From IMG/VR virus record IMGVR_UViG_3300005748_000015, positions 32,001-96,000 of that record: a DNA stretch of 64,000 nucleotides. One strand, given 5' to 3'. Positions within the stretch are counted from its first letter, which is position 1, and every line of letters starts with the position of its first letter. Source of the DNA: a virus. The notes beneath the pieces were generated by a model. The model ran no database searches, had not been told where the DNA came from, and saw nothing but the letters and a program-made list of their open reading frames with translations. Position numbers and translations under genes: made by a program. Positions 10,545 through 19,395 of the stretch are shown here, piece after piece.

Positions 10545-11196
10545 AATAGTTGAAAAACCTGTCAAACATTTAGTTGTAGAAGATTTTCTTTCAAAAGAAG
10601 AAATGGCTTTATGTTTAGAAGAATTAAAAAATTTACAAGATTATTTTCATGATGGCTATTGGTTTGATGAGATTAATGGTAGTCATGTTAATCATAATAT
10701 AAAAAAATGTTTAAATATAGACCCTTATTACTATTACATGGAAAAAAAGAATGAATCTTATATATTAAGAGAAATAATTGGAAAAAAGCTTTGGAGCAAA
10801 GAACTTAGAGATTTTTATGACAGCGCAGGTTCTGATTCAATTTTTTCTTATATGAATGAAACAGATTTTGATCAAGCTGTTATTGCTGGGTTTAGAGATG
10901 GAGATTTTTATAATTGGCATAGAGATTTAGGCGTAACAACTGCCAATATAATGTTATCAAATATTGAAGGATTTAAAGGTGGAGATTTTGTATTGAGTAA
11001 TAGGTGCGGTTTAGGTGAAAATGAAAGGATTATAGGTGATAATTTTGAAACAATTACTTATGAATATAAACCTGGAATGGCAATTATATTTCCAGCAAGA
11101 TTTCAACATAAAGTCACCAAAACAGAAACTATAAATGATGATATAGAAAATATAAGATTTACGTTACAAAGTAGATGTTATGTAACCAATTTTTAA
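10534..11196 (+). CDS. 2OG-Fe(II) oxygenase (prolyl-4-hydroxylase-like)
   Basis: VVEDFLSKEE; YNWHRD (HxD); FKGGDF; IIFPARFQHKV (distal His); RFTL (2OG Arg). Confidence 0.85.
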   Translation: MKLKIVEKPVKHLVVEDFLSKEEMALCLEELKNLQDYFHDGYWFDEINGSHVNHNIKKCLNIDPYYYYMEKKNESYILREIIGKKLWSKELRDFYDSAGSDSIFSYMNETDFDQAVIAGFRDGDFYNWHRDLGVTTANIMLSNIEGFKGGDFVLSNRCGLGENERIIGDNFETITYEYKPGMAIIFPARFQHKVTKTETINDDIENIRFTLQSRCYVTNF

Positions 11197-11205
11197 GGAA
11201 TAATA

Positions 11206-11769
11206 ATGGGAAGTTTATCACGAGGAACTAAAGCAGATCAATTTACCTATGTACCAGCTGGTACAGTTTTACCGTTTGCTGGTGCAACAGCTCCTGCTGG
11301 CTGGGCAATATGCAACGGTGATCCTGTCAGTAGAACTGATTATGCAGAATTGTTTACTGCAATTGGTGAGTTGTGGGGAGTTGGTGACGGTTCTACCACA
11401 TTTAATCTTCCAGATATGAGAGGGCAGTTTTTAAGAGGCAAAGATTACGGCAGAAATGCGATAGATGGCAAGGGAAATCCCGATGGAGATTTAGATGTAG
11501 GTGTTTATACAGAAGATGCCATGCAAAGGATTACAGGTCAGACTTATCCTGAAGCCACAATACCTTATAGTATCGGTTCTGGTGGTATTTTCCAAGGGGT
11601 TTTCAACCAAGGTGGGACTGTAGGTAATAGGGTTTCAACTCAAGCTGGAACAGGTGGTAGAACTTTACTTTTTGACTCTGCATCTTCAACATCTCCAAAC
11701 CCAGCTAAAACAAACGATAATGAAACTCGCCCTAAAAACGTAACAGTAAATTATATAATTAAATTATAG
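11206..11769 (+). CDS. Phage tail collar domain protein
   Basis: PAGTVLPFAGATAPAGWAICNG...YAELFTAIG...FNLPDMRGQFLRG...ETRPKNVTVNYIIK. Confidence 0.9.
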   Translation: MGSLSRGTKADQFTYVPAGTVLPFAGATAPAGWAICNGDPVSRTDYAELFTAIGELWGVGDGSTTFNLPDMRGQFLRGKDYGRNAIDGKGNPDGDLDVGVYTEDAMQRITGQTYPEATIPYSIGSGGIFQGVFNQGGTVGNRVSTQAGTGGRTLLFDSASSTSPNPAKTNDNETRPKNVTVNYIIKL

Positions 11770-11779
11770 GAGAATAATA

Positions 11780-12286
11780 ATGGCAACAAATCCTTTGACT
11801 CCAAGAGTTAACAATATTGAAACAGGTGGTACTTGGAAGATTGGCGATGTAAAACAATCGTTTCTTACAGAGGCAGAATTCCAGGCTGAACATGACGACA
11901 CATGGGTTTTATGTGATGGTAGAGATGTTATAGGTAGTGATTATGCTATTTTAAAAGAAGGTGATGCGGTTACTTCTCACAATATTCCTGATGCTAGAGG
12001 GCAGTTTTTAAGAGGTTTAGATACAACGGAAGGTGTTGACCCTGATTTTGCCACAAGAACATTAGGTAGTAGTCAGGCTGATGAGTTTAAAAGTCACGCA
12101 CATACTACGTCTGATATTTTTAGATACGACAAAGGTGGAGGCTCTTCTGGAGCAGATAGATACTTGGATGTAGACCTTCAAGGTCGTGGTACACCTACTA
12201 TAAATCCCTCTGGTGGAGATGAAACAAGACCTAAAAATGTAGCATGTAATATGTTTATAAAAATAAACAGAGAGCCTAGTGCTTAG
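11780..12286 (+). CDS. Phage tail collar domain protein
   Basis: IGDVKQS...WVLCDGR...IPDARGQFLRG...SHAH...ETRPKNVACNMFIK. Confidence 0.85.
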   Translation: MATNPLTPRVNNIETGGTWKIGDVKQSFLTEAEFQAEHDDTWVLCDGRDVIGSDYAILKEGDAVTSHNIPDARGQFLRGLDTTEGVDPDFATRTLGSSQADEFKSHAHTTSDIFRYDKGGGSSGADRYLDVDLQGRGTPTINPSGGDETRPKNVACNMFIKINREPSA

Positions 12287-12288
12287 TT

Positions 12289-12963
12289 CTATCTAAATGG
12301 ATGTCCTTCTTCAAAGTAATTATTTATCCATTTTTTCTCTGGCACTACTTTAGATAAAAAATGATTCATATCTTTTAGTTGTAGCCACAGTAGCATTCTG
12401 CTGCTTTTATTGCCTTTATATATTACCATAAGTGCATTTAAATAAAAGGCAACAGTTTCTAATTTACTTACTTTTTTATTGTTAATTTTTTTGACATAAA
12501 AAATATCCCATAAAGGTAGTAAAAAAGTCAAGCAATAAACTTCTTTTATTCTATTTTGCCAGAAATAATTTCTGTGTTCTTTTCTTATTTGAAATAACTT
12601 TATTAAAGCTTTTAATACATTTATTACGGATAATTTTTCAGGTTGATAATCGTCAAAATTACAAAAGTTCCAGTGTGATTTTTCTAAATCTTCAATCCCC
12701 AAATACCCCAAAGAAATCATCCCTATAACTTCGTCTTTTGACATAGGCGGCTCTTCTTTGTCTGGCAATCTGTTTATTTTTAATGGACTATAACTTTTGA
12801 CACATTTTTCAAAAGCTAATTTTCGTTTAGAATCGGTTATATGATCGGATTTTTCTGTTAAGTATTTTGAATAAGCTGTATAAATATTTCGATTATTACT
12901 TCGAGGTTTTCCGTTGATGCATTTTCTATCATGCCAATAAGTATCTTTATCTTGGTAGCTCAT
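12289..12963 (-). CDS. Hypothetical protein
   Basis: 224-aa ORF, last gene of the minus-strand run. Confidence 0.65.
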   Translation of the reverse strand: MSYQDKDTYWHDRKCINGKPRSNNRNIYTAYSKYLTEKSDHITDSKRKLAFEKCVKSYSPLKINRLPDKEEPPMSKDEVIGMISLGYLGIEDLEKSHWNFCNFDDYQPEKLSVINVLKALIKLFQIRKEHRNYFWQNRIKEVYCLTFLLPLWDIFYVKKINNKKVSKLETVAFYLNALMVIYKGNKSSRMLLWLQLKDMNHFLSKVVPEKKWINNYFEEGHPFR

Positions 12964-13376
12964 TAGCTATTCTCCTGAATTACCTCTTTAACAACTTTAG
13001 CTAGGATAGCTCCGTCTACATTGTCTAGTTTTTTCTTGATAGAACCTATCGTTTTACCTACCTCACTAGAAGGATTTTGTTTTAAATATTCTTTTACGTA
13101 TTTTCTAGTCTCTTCTTCAGACAGCTGCTTTGGTAAAAGCTCCTTAATTAAATTATATTCTTTTTCCAAGTCTTCGTACTTGTCTGTATTTTCATACATT
13201 TTTAATGTTTTACTTAGTTTTTTTGCATATTTTTTTATTAGTTCTGTTTCGTCAATTTTATTTTTAGATTTTTCATTGTTTAAAAATTCAGATTTTAATA
13301 AAACAAAAACATTTGCTGTAAATTTATCTTTATTTTTTTTAGCTTCAATTATTTTTTTATTTATCAAATCTATCAT
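12963..13376 (-). CDS. GatB/YqeY domain protein
   Basis: EAKKNKDK...LLKSE...EYNLIKELLPKQLSEEE...VDGAILAKVVKE matches YqeY pattern. Confidence 0.8.
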   Translation of the reverse strand: MIDLINKKIIEAKKNKDKFTANVFVLLKSEFLNNEKSKNKIDETELIKKYAKKLSKTLKMYENTDKYEDLEKEYNLIKELLPKQLSEEETRKYVKEYLKQNPSSEVGKTIGSIKKKLDNVDGAILAKVVKEVIQENS

Positions 13377-13624
13377 ACTCGATCCTTTAAGTATTTTTCA
13401 AAATTAACTTTTGACTCAGTGCTAATTTGTTGTGATGTAATTTTTTTCCAATTTACCAGACAACAATATTTTAAATTATTTGTGTTTTGAATTTGCTTCT
13501 TAACCAGCGATGGTACAAATACATCTTCATCAAAAGCCATCTCAATAGAGCATATAGATTCTCCGTCATTATAACAGACAAAATACCATGACAAATCATC
13601 TATCGATGTGTATCTGTCTATCAT
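13373..13624 (-). CDS. Hypothetical protein
   Basis: Coupled small ORF. Confidence 0.5.
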   Translation of the reverse strand: MIDRYTSIDDLSWYFVCYNDGESICSIEMAFDEDVFVPSLVKKQIQNTNNLKYCCLVNWKKITSQQISTESKVNFEKYLKDRV

Positions 13625-13830
13625 TACTCTTTATCCTTTATACACTCGGAAAGTCTATCTGGACTCCACCTTTTTCCGATCTCAACCCCATACATTGAAT
13701 ATTTTGTTTTTTCAACACACTCAATCAGCTGTTTTTGACATTTTTTTTGATACTTATCAACCTGTTTGATAACTTTAAATCCGTTACCGACCTGACAGGC
13801 CAGGATAATTACTTGTAATATTTCAATCAT
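13624..13830 (-). CDS. Small 4-Cys protein with hydrophobic N-terminus (paralogue A)
   Basis: Start moved to MIEILQ (SD GAGGT, ATGA overlap); CQ...KYQ..C......C...C pattern. Confidence 0.6.
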   Translation of the reverse strand: MIEILQVIILACQVGNGFKVIKQVDKYQKKCQKQLIECVEKTKYSMYGVEIGKRWSPDRLSECIKDKE

Positions 13831-14024
13831 TTTAACCTCTTTCTCATACATTTTTCTATACGATCATTTGCTATTTCTTTTTTAATACAATCCATGTACC
13901 AGACTCTACATTCTAATTGATATTTTTCTACATTCTTAAGTTCTGTCCATTTACTTTTGTTGTCTTCCAACGCACTAATCTGACATAAAGAAACAATCAA
14001 TGTGAGCGTTTGTAAACTAAGCAT
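13827..14024 (-). CDS. Small 4-Cys protein with hydrophobic N-terminus (paralogue B)
   Basis: Start moved to MLSLQT (SD GGTGGA); same Cys pattern as neighbour. Confidence 0.6.
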   Translation of the reverse strand: MLSLQTLTLIVSLCQISALEDNKSKWTELKNVEKYQLECRVWYMDCIKKEIANDRIEKCMRKRLK

Positions 14025-14520
14025 AAGTCCACCTTGGCTCTCTAGCGTCCATATCCCAGCGATCATTAATGTAGGCCTGGTAAGCAGCATGTACATCTTT
14101 GACGTGTTTGTAATTAAGTCCTAAACTATCGTGTGCTGCACAGTTAGGAAATTCTGTTCTAGCTCCAGCAGGGATGTTTTTGGCAAAAGCCATTGCAAGT
14201 TTAATATTGTTTCGAGCGTTAGCATGACCCTTGCCACCACGCCTATAATGTTCGTTTAAAAACTCTAGCGTACTTCTACACATATGTAAGAAATTTGACC
14301 TGTTTTTTCTTACCCATATAGTACACGGATGATTAAAATGCCCCTTAGTACCAAAAGGGTTGCCGTTTAGACGTTTAGGAAGTTGATCTGGTGTTGCACC
14401 GTGAAATCCCATAGCTACAGCAATCATTTGCTGAAACTCGCTTATAAACTTATTTAAACGCACATTATCCATAAATTTAGCGTTTTCTCTAGGTGTTGGC
14501 ATAGGTACTGGATAGTTCAT
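14017..14520 (-). CDS. Pyrimidine dimer DNA glycosylase/endonuclease V-like protein
   Basis: KFISEFQQMI, HFNHPCTIWVR..RSNF, AYQAY motifs of the phage pyr-excise family. Confidence 0.75.
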   Translation of the reverse strand: MNYPVPMPTPRENAKFMDNVRLNKFISEFQQMIAVAMGFHGATPDQLPKRLNGNPFGTKGHFNHPCTIWVRKNRSNFLHMCRSTLEFLNEHYRRGGKGHANARNNIKLAMAFAKNIPAGARTEFPNCAAHDSLGLNYKHVKDVHAAYQAYINDRWDMDAREPRWTYA

Positions 14521-14696
14521 TGCAAAGGCTCCTTTGGTTCTCCCCTGATCATATTCTTGACATTTACGTAGACATTCTTACTGTCAGAATCAATGCCTAC
14601 TAACAGCATATCATATAAATCAGATATTTCAAAGAAAACAATCTCTTTATTTTGCTCAAACTCTTCTAAATATTCAATAAATTCTTTTACAGTCAT
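14517..14696 (-). CDS. Hypothetical protein
   Basis: Likely start MTVKEFIEYLE, a common phage small-ORF N-terminus. Confidence 0.5.
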   Translation of the reverse strand: MTVKEFIEYLEEFEQNKEIVFFEISDLYDMLLVGIDSDSKNVYVNVKNMIRGEPKEPLQ

Positions 14697-14697
14697 A

Positions 14698-14850
14698 CTA
14701 TTCCACGGGTATAAAGGGTTTTTCACACATATAACAGGGAACAATTTCCCCTAAATCCGATTCCTCAATGTCTTGTACTTGACCACAATGAGGGCATTCT
14801 GTTTGTAACGATCTCCAAGCTTCTGCGTCTGGTATTTCGTTTTCGTTCAT
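14698..14850 (-). CDS. Small zinc-ribbon protein
   Basis: CPHC...CYMC; likely start MNENE. Confidence 0.55.
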   Translation of the reverse strand: MNENEIPDAEAWRSLQTECPHCGQVQDIEESDLGEIVPCYMCEKPFIPVE

Positions 14851-15140
14851 TATTTCACTCCAAATCCTGTGCATTTGCACTTACATTTTCTAAGCCAATC
14901 TCTAAGATCATAGAGTTGGTTATCACAAACTGTTTTTAAATGTGTCTCATCAGCTTTTTCAGATAAACACAAAGACCATCCTTTCATAGCTTTGTTATCT
15001 TTCAATTTTAAACTTAAAAGATCGTCGTAAGTTTTATAATACTTTTTTTTACATTCATTATATTTATCTTGATACTTACTAACCATTCCATATAATGACA
15101 GTATAATAATTAAATACAAAACATGTGTTGTGCGACTCAT
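14850..15140 (-). CDS. Hypothetical membrane-anchored Cys-containing protein
   Basis: N-terminal hydrophobic helix then coiled coil with Cys. Confidence 0.5.
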   Translation of the reverse strand: MSRTTHVLYLIIILSLYGMVSKYQDKYNECKKKYYKTYDDLLSLKLKDNKAMKGWSLCLSEKADETHLKTVCDNQLYDLRDWLRKCKCKCTGFGVK

Positions 15141-15334
15141 TTACCCAACTCCCACGCTACAGAATTAATCCAATCAATATACCATCGTTCTGTTTCAAGT
15201 CTATCGCCAAGTTTTTCAGTTAATTTTCTGGTATTAACCGTATGCTCCCAGCAAGCTTTAAACATATCAACTTGTTCTGGAGTATATCTATCCTCAGAGC
15301 CGTCCATCCACTCTTCAAATGTTTTTCTTTCCAT
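15137..15334 (-). CDS. Hypothetical protein
   Basis: SD AAGGAG; TFEEW...ACWE motif of phage small proteins. Confidence 0.6.
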   Translation of the reverse strand: MERKTFEEWMDGSEDRYTPEQVDMFKACWEHTVNTRKLTEKLGDRLETERWYIDWINSVAWELGK

Positions 15335-15408
15335 AAAAGCTCCTTAATGATTTATATACACTTACTGAAGTTTGTACTGTTAATATTGTAAAAAAATAAA
15401 AAAACAAA

Positions 15409-15417
15409 ATTATATCA
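15409..15417 (-). promoter_or_regulatory. Extended -10 promoter TGATATAAT
   Basis: Perfect TGnTATAAT in AT-rich intergenic gap. Confidence 0.6.
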
Positions 15418-15429
15418 TTTAATATTTTT

Positions 15430-15645
15430 TTAATTAAATTTATTTTTGACATAAAAAATCTCACAATTATCTCTTTTGTCACTCTCCCTTTCCCATATAT
15501 AACCGTCTGTATCTGCTTTTAAAAGAAATGTGCCTTTTACGGGCGCACCCTTATCTTGTAAAATAGCAAGTGTTAATTGTTCTTTTTTAAAAAATTGATA
15601 TTTATGATTTTTCCAATCTTCCGGTCTAATTATAAATCTATTCAT
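15430..15645 (-). CDS. Hypothetical protein
   Basis: Likely start MNRFII, overlapping the upstream stop. Confidence 0.5.
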   Translation of the reverse strand: MNRFIIRPEDWKNHKYQFFKKEQLTLAILQDKGAPVKGTFLLKADTDGYIWERESDKRDNCEIFYVKNKFN

Positions 15646-15943
15646 TTTCAAACTCTCCAAGTGAAGGGTTCCAATTCCCAAACATACCATCTTTTGCATA
15701 CATTTCTTCAGGTGGACCAGATAGATCAATGCCAAGTTCAAGGGCTAAATCTATACATTTATTAACTGTTTCAGGAGCATACGTAAATCTACCATCAGCA
15801 TATCTTCTAGCCATCCACAAAGTCTCTCTTATAATATGTTCTAGATCATTAATTGCATTTTGAGCATCCATACAAACACCATAATCACACTTGTCTAACT
15901 CCATCATTCTTTCTAGTCCATCTTTAATCAAATTTATTTTCAT
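15638..15943 (-). CDS. Hypothetical phage protein
   Basis: TLWMARRYADGRFTYAP motif; coupled ORF. Confidence 0.6.
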   Translation of the reverse strand: MKINLIKDGLERMMELDKCDYGVCMDAQNAINDLEHIIRETLWMARRYADGRFTYAPETVNKCIDLALELGIDLSGPPEEMYAKDGMFGNWNPSLGEFENE

Positions 15944-16160
15944 GAATCTTTGCCTTCTTTTTTAATTTTATTTTCAACTGTTTAGATGTTTTATAAAATC
16001 CGTTTTTAGCTTGCCAACATCCTATAAATATATTTTTTTCAACATCAGAAACATCTCCTAAACTTTCCATATATTCCTTCTCTTTCTTTCTTGCATATTT
16101 TGTAAAAATGCCAAATTTTCTGTATATCCAAGCGTGTAATTTTAGTAACATTCTACTCAT
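15924..16160 (-). CDS. Hypothetical protein
   Basis: Coupled small ORF. Confidence 0.5.
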   Translation of the reverse strand: MSRMLLKLHAWIYRKFGIFTKYARKKEKEYMESLGDVSDVEKNIFIGCWQAKNGFYKTSKQLKIKLKKKAKIHENKFD

Positions 16161-16395
16161 CCTCTGGCTTCCATCGACAAAAATGTTTTATGTATCTTAA
16201 TCTAACTTCTTCGTCCGATAAATAAGCAGCCCCATATCCAACCTTACTTTCTTCTATATTTCTATCAAAAGGAGGTAGCATCCCCACTTCTTCACAAGAA
16301 GTTAACATTCTATCAGCAATTTGCTCTAAGGTAAGTACAAATTCTGAATCACCAGCTTCTACCATTAGTTTTACCATTTCACTTCTTTTCTTCAT
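16153..16395 (-). CDS. Hypothetical protein
   Basis: MKKRSEM...GMLPP...W.PE; coupled ORF. Confidence 0.55.
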   Translation of the reverse strand: MKKRSEMVKLMVEAGDSEFVLTLEQIADRMLTSCEEVGMLPPFDRNIEESKVGYGAAYLSDEEVRLRYIKHFCRWKPEDE

Positions 16396-16675
16396 TAAAT
16401 TCCTCTACACTAATCTGCTCAACACTTTCATCCATTCCTTTCAGTTGATTAAAGATACTCAAAGCTACCATGTTCATACCTTCCATTTCTTTATGGCATT
16501 TGTAAATAGAACCTGAGTAGTTGTGCATTAGATAGTAGTCTCCATCTTCTTCGATTCTTTCAAGCCCTGAAGAAAGTCTCCAAGAGTCGCCATCAAGATA
16601 ACCTCCTGACCAGCTTCCTAAAACCTTAGCCCCACCTGGAACTTTTACAATCACCCATCTGTCTGGTTTGTGCAT
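16379..16675 (-). CDS. Conserved phage hypothetical protein
   Basis: PDRWVIV...SWSGGYLDGDSWRLSSG...SGSIYKC motif widespread in phages. Confidence 0.7.
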   Translation of the reverse strand: MHKPDRWVIVKVPGGAKVLGSWSGGYLDGDSWRLSSGLERIEEDGDYYLMHNYSGSIYKCHKEMEGMNMVALSIFNQLKGMDESVEQISVEEFNEEKK

Positions 16676-17034
16676 TAATACTCCTTATACTCTGCATGAC
16701 CTTCCATTACAAGAAGATCGTTTATATTCATTATGCTTGCTATCCCATCATGTATAATTATTTCTCCAACCCAGCGGCCATACTTTCCTTTTTCTTTTGT
16801 CTCAATCAATATATTATAGCCTTCTTCTATATGCTCATTTATGGTTTTTCTCAGAAAATCTCTCGCCTCATATCCACGCTTTTTTTCTTCAGCATCTCTT
16901 GTTCTAATTTCTGGCGTATTAATTCTGGCTAATCTTACCTTAATATCCATGCGAATATTAAAGCCTAAATCAACAACTCCATTTAGAGTGTCACCGTCAT
17001 AAATATTTGTAATGTCTAATTTGTAAGTGTACAT
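16675..17034 (-). CDS. Thermonuclease (SNase-like) family protein
   Basis: YDGDT, VRLARINTPE, GKYGR motifs. Confidence 0.85.
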   Translation of the reverse strand: MYTYKLDITNIYDGDTLNGVVDLGFNIRMDIKVRLARINTPEIRTRDAEEKKRGYEARDFLRKTINEHIEEGYNILIETKEKGKYGRWVGEIIIHDGIASIMNINDLLVMEGHAEYKEY

Positions 17035-17036
17035 AT

Positions 17037-17243
17037 TTACCTTATGGGTTCAAACTTTAAATGTCCTGTAATCCATATTAGCAAGAACAAAAAAGAAAAC
17101 ATATTTATATGTCCAGTAATGTATTTTGGAACACCTTCTTCAATTGTTAAATATTTTTCTAATGCTCTACTTAAAGATAGGCACCCTATTAATATCACAT
17201 AAAATATTACAAGTCTTCTAGTTATTTCTTTTAAAATTCTCAT
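17037..17243 (-). CDS. Small two-TM membrane protein
   Basis: Two hydrophobic segments. Confidence 0.5.
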   Translation of the reverse strand: MRILKEITRRLVIFYVILIGCLSLSRALEKYLTIEEGVPKYITGHINMFSFLFLLIWITGHLKFEPIR

Positions 17244-17533
17244 TCAAGATCATCCATATCTACTTGATTTTCTTCAAGAATTTTTCCAATACTGAATCTA
17301 ATATTCATTGCAAACTGATGTAATACAGCAGATTCTTCTTTGCTAATTACGTGATAGCCTTCAGGAAGGCATATTTTACTACCAGGTTTAATGTCGGAAT
17401 CATATTTTATAATATTTCTAAGTAAATTGTCAATATCATGAAATGCAATATAAGCATTAGTAGCATTTGTACATCTACGATGTGCTTTTTTATCGCTTGG
17501 ATCGTCTAAATCAAACTCAATTGTTGCTTTCAT
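17240..17533 (-). CDS. Hypothetical phage protein
   Basis: MKATIEFDLDDP N-terminus. Confidence 0.6.
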   Translation of the reverse strand: MKATIEFDLDDPSDKKAHRRCTNATNAYIAFHDIDNLLRNIIKYDSDIKPGSKICLPEGYHVISKEESAVLHQFAMNIRFSIGKILEENQVDMDDLE

Positions 17534-17741
17534 TTTTACACTTACTCCTTATTATTGTACAGCAATGCGGTTGCTCACATGGTTTTGGACAAAAATCACA
17601 TTTTATAGGTATTTTTTTTCTAAGATTTTTTAGCTCTTCCTTTAAAACAGCAGATTTAAACTGTCCGTTTACAACATATCCATACATATGTTTTTCTATA
17701 TAATCAAAAGCGTACTCTATACCTTTATTAAAATCATTCAT
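17517..17741 (-). CDS. Hypothetical Cys-rich protein
   Basis: CDFCPKPCEQPHCC. Confidence 0.5.
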   Translation of the reverse strand: MNDFNKGIEYAFDYIEKHMYGYVVNGQFKSAVLKEELKNLRKKIPIKCDFCPKPCEQPHCCTIIRSKCKNESNN

Positions 17742-17932
17742 TATTTTGCCTTGTAAATGTCTTTACAAACTTTTACAGATTTTTCTGCCTCAACACCGTG
17801 CTTACCGATCAACTCTATAGTACATTTTTTTAATTTTTCTTGATATAATAAGGTTTTATTTTTATTACTTCTAGATGCTGGCGATGGCAATGCACAACTT
17901 GTTAATGTAATTAAGATTAATAAAATTTTCAT
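17741..17932 (-). CDS. Putative small lipoprotein
   Basis: MKILLILITLTSC lipobox-type signal; SD GGAGG. Confidence 0.6.
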   Translation of the reverse strand: MKILLILITLTSCALPSPASRSNKNKTLLYQEKLKKCTIELIGKHGVEAEKSVKVCKDIYKAK

Positions 17933-17943
17933 TTATCCTCCAA

Positions 17944-18921
17944 TCAAATTCTATCCTCTTTAATTATATAACGAATAGCTTTTTTTGTCAAATCATTAGT
18001 CTGTGCTAAATTAAAACGTAAGTACTTGTTTTTATTTTGTTTATCTATTTCTACACTTTTAACATTTAGTTTGTCTAACAATCTGCACACATAAGGCGTA
18101 GCCCATGCAGAATAAAACATGCCATTATTAGGAACGGCCTGTCCATCAAATAAATAACAAATTCTATCAAACATTTCTCTATTATTATTTACCCTATATT
18201 TTGCTGATCTTAAAAAGTTATCCAAATCTGTATTGTCAAACACGTCTATTATTAAGTCTTGACTAAGAAAGGGCATTGTACAATTTTCGTACACACTTTC
18301 AGCTAAAAAATTATCGTAATCTTGTTTGTTATTTGTAGCTATCCACCCAATTCTTGCGCCCGTAAGTCCAAAAACTTTACTGTATGATCCGCAATTTACT
18401 CTGTGGTCTGGCTTAACTGGTATATCGTTAACATACACAGTATTATGGTATACGCTATCCCAGATAATATTGTTGCCAACATCAGAATAAAGAAGTAAAT
18501 CACCAGCAGGATTAGATGGGCTATCCACAATACCGACCGTATTAGGATGTTTAAGCTGCTGTTTGTGTTGCCTGTAAAGTCCTGTTTTATGTTCATAATT
18601 GTTTTTCTCTATTATACCGGGATAATAAGGGAAGTAATATTTGTGCGTATAACACACATCTCTTCCTTCCTTAGCAAAAACTCTCAGGGCAATATTGATT
18701 GCACTCGTTGTTCCGTGAGTTATTATAATATAATTATATTTTACTCCAGTGCATTGCTCAACAAATTGTCTGGTATAATCTATCAGTTTTGGATTGCCTG
18801 GGTCTGGAGAGTACATTATAGAATCTATATCTATAGGTTTTGCAACCCTTCTTTTATAATAATGTTTTAAAGCTTCTCTAACGCAATACGGTTCACCCCA
18901 ACTGAAATCATACTCTATCAC
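17944..18921 (-). CDS. PLP-dependent aminotransferase class I/II
   Basis: ITHGTT, SPSNPAG, DSVY, SYSKVFGLTGARIGW (Schiff-base Lys), LRFN. Confidence 0.85.
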   Translation of the reverse strand: MIEYDFSWGEPYCVREALKHYYKRRVAKPIDIDSIMYSPDPGNPKLIDYTRQFVEQCTGVKYNYIIITHGTTSAINIALRVFAKEGRDVCYTHKYYFPYYPGIIEKNNYEHKTGLYRQHKQQLKHPNTVGIVDSPSNPAGDLLLYSDVGNNIIWDSVYHNTVYVNDIPVKPDHRVNCGSYSKVFGLTGARIGWIATNNKQDYDNFLAESVYENCTMPFLSQDLIIDVFDNTDLDNFLRSAKYRVNNNREMFDRICYLFDGQAVPNNGMFYSAWATPYVCRLLDKLNVKSVEIDKQNKNKYLRFNLAQTNDLTKKAIRYIIKEDRI

Positions 18922-19393
18922 TATCTTCTCCTAATATGTCTTTTAAAGACTCTTCAAGTTGTTTAATTGTAAAATCCTTTTTAATACTAAGTAATTTTTC
19001 ATAAATTTTATCCATATCATTTTCATCGATATTATACTCTTGACATATACTTTGCAAAGTCTTTTCTTCGTATGCTTTTAATTTTTTTTCAAATTCTATG
19101 CGTTTTAATTCTGCATCAACAAATATTTTTTTTACGTACCCTTCATGTTTTGGACTCCAATAACAATCACGACATACAACAGTTTTATTTCCCATAACAT
19201 CCATATCAAACCAGTTATGAGTATCTTTACATTTATTTTTTTCTAATTCTTTCATTTCTTTTTTTATTTTTTTGACAGAGCCAATCCCCCTTAAAACCCC
19301 ATTGACAACAGTTACAACCAGAAATGAAACCCCAAAAGCAATTAGTAAATCTTCCAACGTCATGCTTGTTAAAAAATTAATAAAATTTTCCAT
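18908..19393 (-). CDS. Membrane-anchored hypothetical protein
   Basis: N-terminal TM helix; C..H/CRDC metal-binding-like motif. Confidence 0.6.
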   Translation of the reverse strand: MENFINFLTSMTLEDLLIAFGVSFLVVTVVNGVLRGIGSVKKIKKEMKELEKNKCKDTHNWFDMDVMGNKTVVCRDCYWSPKHEGYVKKIFVDAELKRIEFEKKLKAYEEKTLQSICQEYNIDENDMDKIYEKLLSIKKDFTIKQLEESLKDILGEDSDRV

Positions 19394-19395
19394 TT

